DNA from: the human T2T-CHM13v2.0 reference genome, Homo sapiens
Assembly (NCBI RefSeq): GCF_009914755.1
Contig: NC_060930.1
Strand: one strand, 5' to 3'
DNA length: 64,000 nt
The translations under genes were made by a program, and so were the position numbers. Position 1 is the stretch's first letter, and every line of letters begins with the position of its first letter. The notes beneath the pieces are model-generated. The model did not search any database. It had not been told where the DNA came from and saw only the letters and a program-made list of their open reading frames with translations. Positions 50,678 to 64,000 of the stretch are shown in pieces.

Positions 50678-53600
50678 ATTTTTTTTTATTAGACTTTAAA
50701 AATTACTTCAAGAAAATAATATTTTAAACTTAAAACGGTTGAAAAATTGGAATTATGATGAAGTACCTCACTGACCATCGCTATAAGCAAGAAGTATAGT
50801 TGAAAGAATATTTTACGTGGAATCAGAAAAACCTTGATTTTAGTTCTGGTCTCAACTATTATTATCTCTATCACTTTGGACAATATGTGGCAACTTACAC
50901 AATATTGGGTGAGGAAACAGACTAGTCCCAATTCCTAAGCAACTTTTGGCATGAGGGTGGGAAGTAAGAAGGGGAAAAGAATGTTTAGTAACACGGTCAA
51001 ATGAGAATTTATTTCCAGCTTTCATTTCAAGTGGGAAGTGACTCCTAACAACTAAAATAGGTTTAAAACCACACACATGCTTAGTCACCACAGCATGCAA
51101 GATGATAATTTTCAAAAAGGACACCATGACTCCAACTCCCACAGATTCAGTGGCAGAGATCAGCAATTTACATCCATGACTAGGATTTTGCAGCCAATAA
51201 TGGGCAAAGCCTTTCATCCTAATCAGCTGATTAAAAACTTAGTCTTAAAGGAATGCATGTGAACAAGCTAATAAGCAAAGCAAACATTCTGAAATCACTC
51301 CTAAGGATCTCGAAGCAAGAAGCAGACATCTAAATGATTGAGTGGAGTGTACATGTCATGAGTCATGTAGAGAACCAAATTGGAACCTAGCTAGTTCCTT
51401 CACCCCACTAAGAACTTTATGGAGGAGAAGTCAGAGATGGTATAAAAACATAGTCCATGTCCTTTAGAATCTTGTGTACATATTCATTTACTGCATAAAT
51501 CTCACAAGGTGTCATTCAGTCATTCCAATCAGTTGTTTTATTTCCTTAAAAATCTGGAGTTTAGGTGTTGTTTTAGATTTTTGAACATTAGAATTAAGAT
51601 TGTAGCCTGGTAAAGAAAACACAACACCTGGTAAAGAAAAACCAGGGCTTTTGCTAACTCATATGGCATCTTTGAATACATGAGAGAAGTGAGCCACTTC
51701 CTTCAGGTAGATGCAGCCTGCACCAGGGGCATGGCATGGAGAACAGAGCACAGAATGAATTCCAGCTCTGCTCATCACCTTGACTGCATGCCCTGGGGGG
51801 TGGACACTGACTGTGTATTACTTCAATTATTTTGACCTCACTTCTTATTCCAGCCACAGCTGCAGTGATCAGCTCTATGTTGATGTCAATCAGCCTCACA
51901 CAGGTGCCCCTGAATAGTAGCTCACCTACCGCTCTAGGTCTCTCACTTTTTGTTTTGGTACTTTTGTGATCCCTCCATGGTCTAATCCATGGAAACCTTC
52001 TTGGCATCCACACATGTGCAAGATTAAAATGCAGGATGTGCAGGGAGAGAAGGATGCAGGAGGGTGGAGTTAATAATGCTCTATGAGGGAACCCTTGACC
52101 AATGGGAGAGAAAGAGACCAGTAGATAAATGATAAATGCTCTGTCCCCTCCACTCCCCACCCCTGTGAGCGTTCTAAGACACATTTCCTAAGGGTGTTCA
52201 AAGGGTCCCAAACTGATTGTTTGAAGCTCTGCCTTGGAGGTACTCACCATAAGACAGACTCATACAACTATATGCAGTAGTGCCAACAATGATCCCTGAC
52301 CCTGCCTGCTTCAGATTCCACCTTAAACAGACTCATTTGTCTCTGGGTGCTTTACATGTTACATAACTGCTTGACATTTCTGAGCTCCAGTGCCCTCTCT
52401 ATAAAATGTATTTAAGTGTAAAGCACTAAGTAAATTTAAATCATTATTTCTCCTTTCAAATCTCACGTTCACTACCATATAAACAAATACTACCATATAA
52501 ACAAATATAAAAAATGCCTTTGTAAAAGAAATAATTTATAAAGATCTCTAGACTCATGACAACAGGTAACGAGTGTTTTAGACTGAGCTGCTGATTCTAG
52601 AAAGAGCTCATTTCTAATTTATCTTTATCTAGGCAGTAAGGTTGTTAGGCTCACTGTGCTTTATCACTGCCCCACTTTTCCAGAAGTTTATGCCAAATCT
52701 GACCCCTTGATCTGCGTGGTTTTGCCTGCTTGCCTATGTCTGGTTTTAAGCACCATTCATTCTGTATGGTTCTTTAACATTTTTAGAGCTTGAGGTGCTA
52801 ATCAGGTGCAAGCAGCTTTGATGTGCTTCCTTTCCTCTAACCAGCCCCCAGCTGGGGTCTCTTCTCTGTCAATACTTCTGCAGGTACTACTCTGTGACAT
52901 CAAAAATAATCTATAATTAATTTATTACTCTATTGGACTTTTAACTTATTTTCAGTCTCAAAGATAGCCTTCCATTAACAGATGAAATAAAACATTGAAT
53001 AAAGAACTCTTTTCTTTCTAAAGCATTATTACTTCATTTTATTTCATTATATTAAAATGCATTATGGTACAATCAGATTATTGTCATTCATTACAATTTC
53101 TTCACATATTCATTGGATGCTAAATATTTCCATTCCTGGAGTCAAGTCAGTGTCACAGAAAACTGTATCTAGCTACTTTTCATAGCACACGATTATCATA
53201 TCCTTGATTTCACTGTCACATTTTTGGTACTGTGAAGTGGACAGTGGGCATTTAGGGACATGGGCTTAGGCCCAATTCTGCCATTGGCTGTGTGACCTTG
53301 GATGGCTACTTAATTTCTCTGGCCTCCAGCTTCCACTTTTATAAAATGTGACTGTAGAACTAGATACACCACATTCTCTAAAATTCTATACGTATCTCCT
53401 CTCTGCATTTGATCCTCTGCGACCTGGGTCAACTCAGCACACACTAGGGTCAAGGTATCAGTATTAGTCTGTCCTCCTTTCTTACTTTCTCTTTCTCAAT
53501 TGTCCTTTGCATTTTTTAAAAACTCACACCAATAATTCACTTTGAATCTTACTATGGCGTTTTGTCCTGGGCCATAAAAACCTCTAGGTTACCAACAATG

Positions 53601-54053
53601 GGACACTTTGAAAAGTTGATGTTGGAGGAGTTTCCTTTAGAAAAGGCATTATAAGCATGGCGCATGTCTGTTAATGGAGTACCATTAAACATAGGGTCTT
53701 TCAGCCCATATTCAAATTTTCTGATTTCCTACAGAGCATTGGAGCAGTAGGTATGAGATAATTTTCATTTAATGACCTTCCTTCTTTGTCCATTTTTACT
53801 GTGAAAGAATGACTTTTTCCTAACGGAGCATCCAGTGAGAGCAGAGCAGATGCTGGAGGAGGGGTTGAGGGAGGCAGCTCCTTGTCTTCCCCTGGGGAGA
53901 AGCTGGTGTCTGTTAGTCATAGGATTAGAATACAGAGATGGTCGGCTTGAGGACATGTATTAAAAAGTCAGGTCAAAATGATAAATGAAGTCGGATTTTT
54001 TTTCTTACAAAATGTCTGATTTGGTGAGTTGACCTGACAACCACTGGTTCTCT

Positions 54054-57090
<3,037 letters not shown>

Positions 57091-57481
57091 TTAAAAACCT
57101 TGAATTACAGTAAGGGAAAGCATATTCATAAATGAAATGATGTAAAGACTTTAAGTCTACCTAACATCTAGTTTTTTTCTTTTTTGCTAATTGGACTATT
57201 CCTCTTTTCATTCATGTCCTTTAAGTTTGTTTATGGAAAAAAATTATGACGACCACACTCTTCTGTGGTTATAGGAACTTTCACACCCATTACAACATTA
57301 TGCATTTATATTCTGACGACCTTGATGGGACACACAAAACCTGATTCTTGCAACTTTGCCATGAACTTTGTGATTTCCAGAGACTGGTAACCACTTAGCC
57401 CCACAAACTTCTAATTCTCTACACAGATTATCTCTCTTTCCTTGACTCTTATGGTTTGTAAATAAATGTCTTTTACACACA

Positions 57482-62503
<5,022 letters not shown>

Positions 62504-62705
62504 ACAACTGAATTTTAAATGCTGCTACATGAATCCAGATACCATTTTTTGTTGTCAGTTTACGTGATAGGATTATTTAAATGCTTTGGCATTTTCTTTT
62601 TCTTTCTTTCTTTCTTTCTTTTTTTTTTTACTAGTGATTTTACTCTAGAGTAAGATTCTGTTAATATCTAACCTGTAGCTCTGTCCTTTTTCCGCCATTT
62701 GACAG

Positions 62706-62991
62706 ATGGGCTGGTTTTTATCCTCTTTCTTTCATTTGGATCCTTATCTCTTAGCCTTTATTGCTGGAACTAGGGCAAATGTTTCCAAATGATGTAAATA
62801 TATGAAAGGAAACACAGTGTTAACAATATAAAAGCAGTGACCAGACCTAATGTTGACCATATAGCAGATCTCCTGTCTTCTATTTAACAAATATAACCAA
62901 GGGAAAATATGGCTCATGACATCTACTGTGTCAAACAAGAGAGAGGAGACAGTCTGGTTATTACATTAACTGTTACCATCTGCTTCACAGG
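62706..62991 (+). pseudogene. Candidate fossil transmembrane exon
   Basis: Branch-like CTAAC (62668-62672), pyrimidine tract, gacag|. Phase-1 GLVFILFLSFGSLSLSLYCW followed by a polar tail; donor AGG|GTAAAC. Confidence 0.5.
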
Positions 62992-63247
62992 GTAAACAAA
63001 AGCACTAATATTTAGAAGTAAATTGAGAAGAAAATGCCGACTTTCACCAGGCAGGGAGTTCTTGTTACTAGACAAAAAAGTCAGGGGAAAGACAGCAGCT
63101 AGGAGAGTGGGGAATGTGCGAGAGGTGGAGCACAGGAAACAGAGAAAATGATGCCTCTTCTTTCTTTTTGGAGCATGAAGCATTAGGCTACAGTGAAGGT
63201 GTAGAATGACACATCGATTTTTTTTGTGGGCTTATGAATGCCTGGCA

Positions 63248-63760
63248 TTCATTCATTCATTTTTCTGCAAATGTTCATTGAGCACTCACCATCAGGCAAG
63301 TACTGTTCTAGGTGCTTAGGATACATCACTGACTATAACAAACAAGCATGCCTGCCCTTGTGGAGCTTACATTTTAGCAAGGGGAGGCACACAACATGCA
63401 CAATAAATAACTATATAGAAAGTCAGAAGTTGATAAACATTATGAAAAAGACAGATTAGAGCAGGGGATCAGGGTGTGAGGTTAGGTGCATGGTCAGAAT
63501 ATTATATTAAAGAAGGTGGCCAGGGTGTTTAAGTCTCTTTGAGAAGGAGGGATTAAGCAAGGATTTGAAGGAGGTAAGGAAATTCAGCCATTCCAGGCAG
63601 AGGGAACAGCTGATACAAAGGCCTCAGGCAGGGAGGGAAGCTAGAGTGGTCAAAGAACAGTAAGGAGGCTAGTATGGCTGGAGTGGAGTGAGAGAAGGGG
63701 GAGTAACAGGAGAGGAGGCAGATCTAAGAATTGCATGAGGTTCTATGTATTCCCTCTCTG
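63248..63760 (-). mobile_element. L2 3' end
   Basis: CATTCATTCATT...ATTGAGCAC...CAGGC..TGTTCTAGGTGCT signature. Confidence 0.8.
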
Positions 63761-64000
63761 TCTCCTATTCCATCGTAACCTTCTCCCCCACATAAAGATG
63801 TGCTTCAACTTTTCTGGATAAAAAGGGACAGATTTAGTTGTCAGAGCCCTTTACCTTTGCCCATCTTGTCTTAGCACTGGCGATGTTGCTTTGACACATC
63901 TTGGAGGAGTTTCTCCCCTTAGGCTGCTAAGCTATCTACAGTCAGCACAGGGATTTCTTTAGATCCCATTGTCTACCTGCTCTGTGCCTCTGCATGCCTA

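Overview
Human (primate) genomic DNA at the 5' end of GCLC (glutamate-cysteine ligase catalytic subunit). Coding exon 1 lies on the minus strand (2564-2415), preceded by a (GAG)7 5'-UTR repeat and a TATA/CCAAT CpG-island promoter (~3.0-3.2 kb). A second CpG island (~5.8-6.4 kb) carries the NRF2 ARE3/ARE4 enhancer. The remaining ~57 kb upstream is repeat-rich: about 30 Alus (including a young AluYa5), a full THE1A element nested in a MER4-group LTR, a MER4A solo LTR, a complete 7.6-kb MER4A1/MER4-int provirus, and L1, L2, MIR, MaLR and hAT remnants. The most interesting observation is in the unique sequence between the repeats. It holds a chain of plus-strand AG...GT-bounded segments that, read by eye with stops and frameshifts tolerated, spell a signal peptide, several immunoglobulin-like domains and a transmembrane segment. 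This suggests a decayed (unitary) type-I membrane Ig-superfamily gene running divergently from GCLC, with its first exon in the ARE CpG island and one exon split by the MER4 provirus. That model is an inference from manual translation and needs cross-species alignment to confirm. Repeat family names are from memory of consensus sequences, not from a RepeatMasker run.
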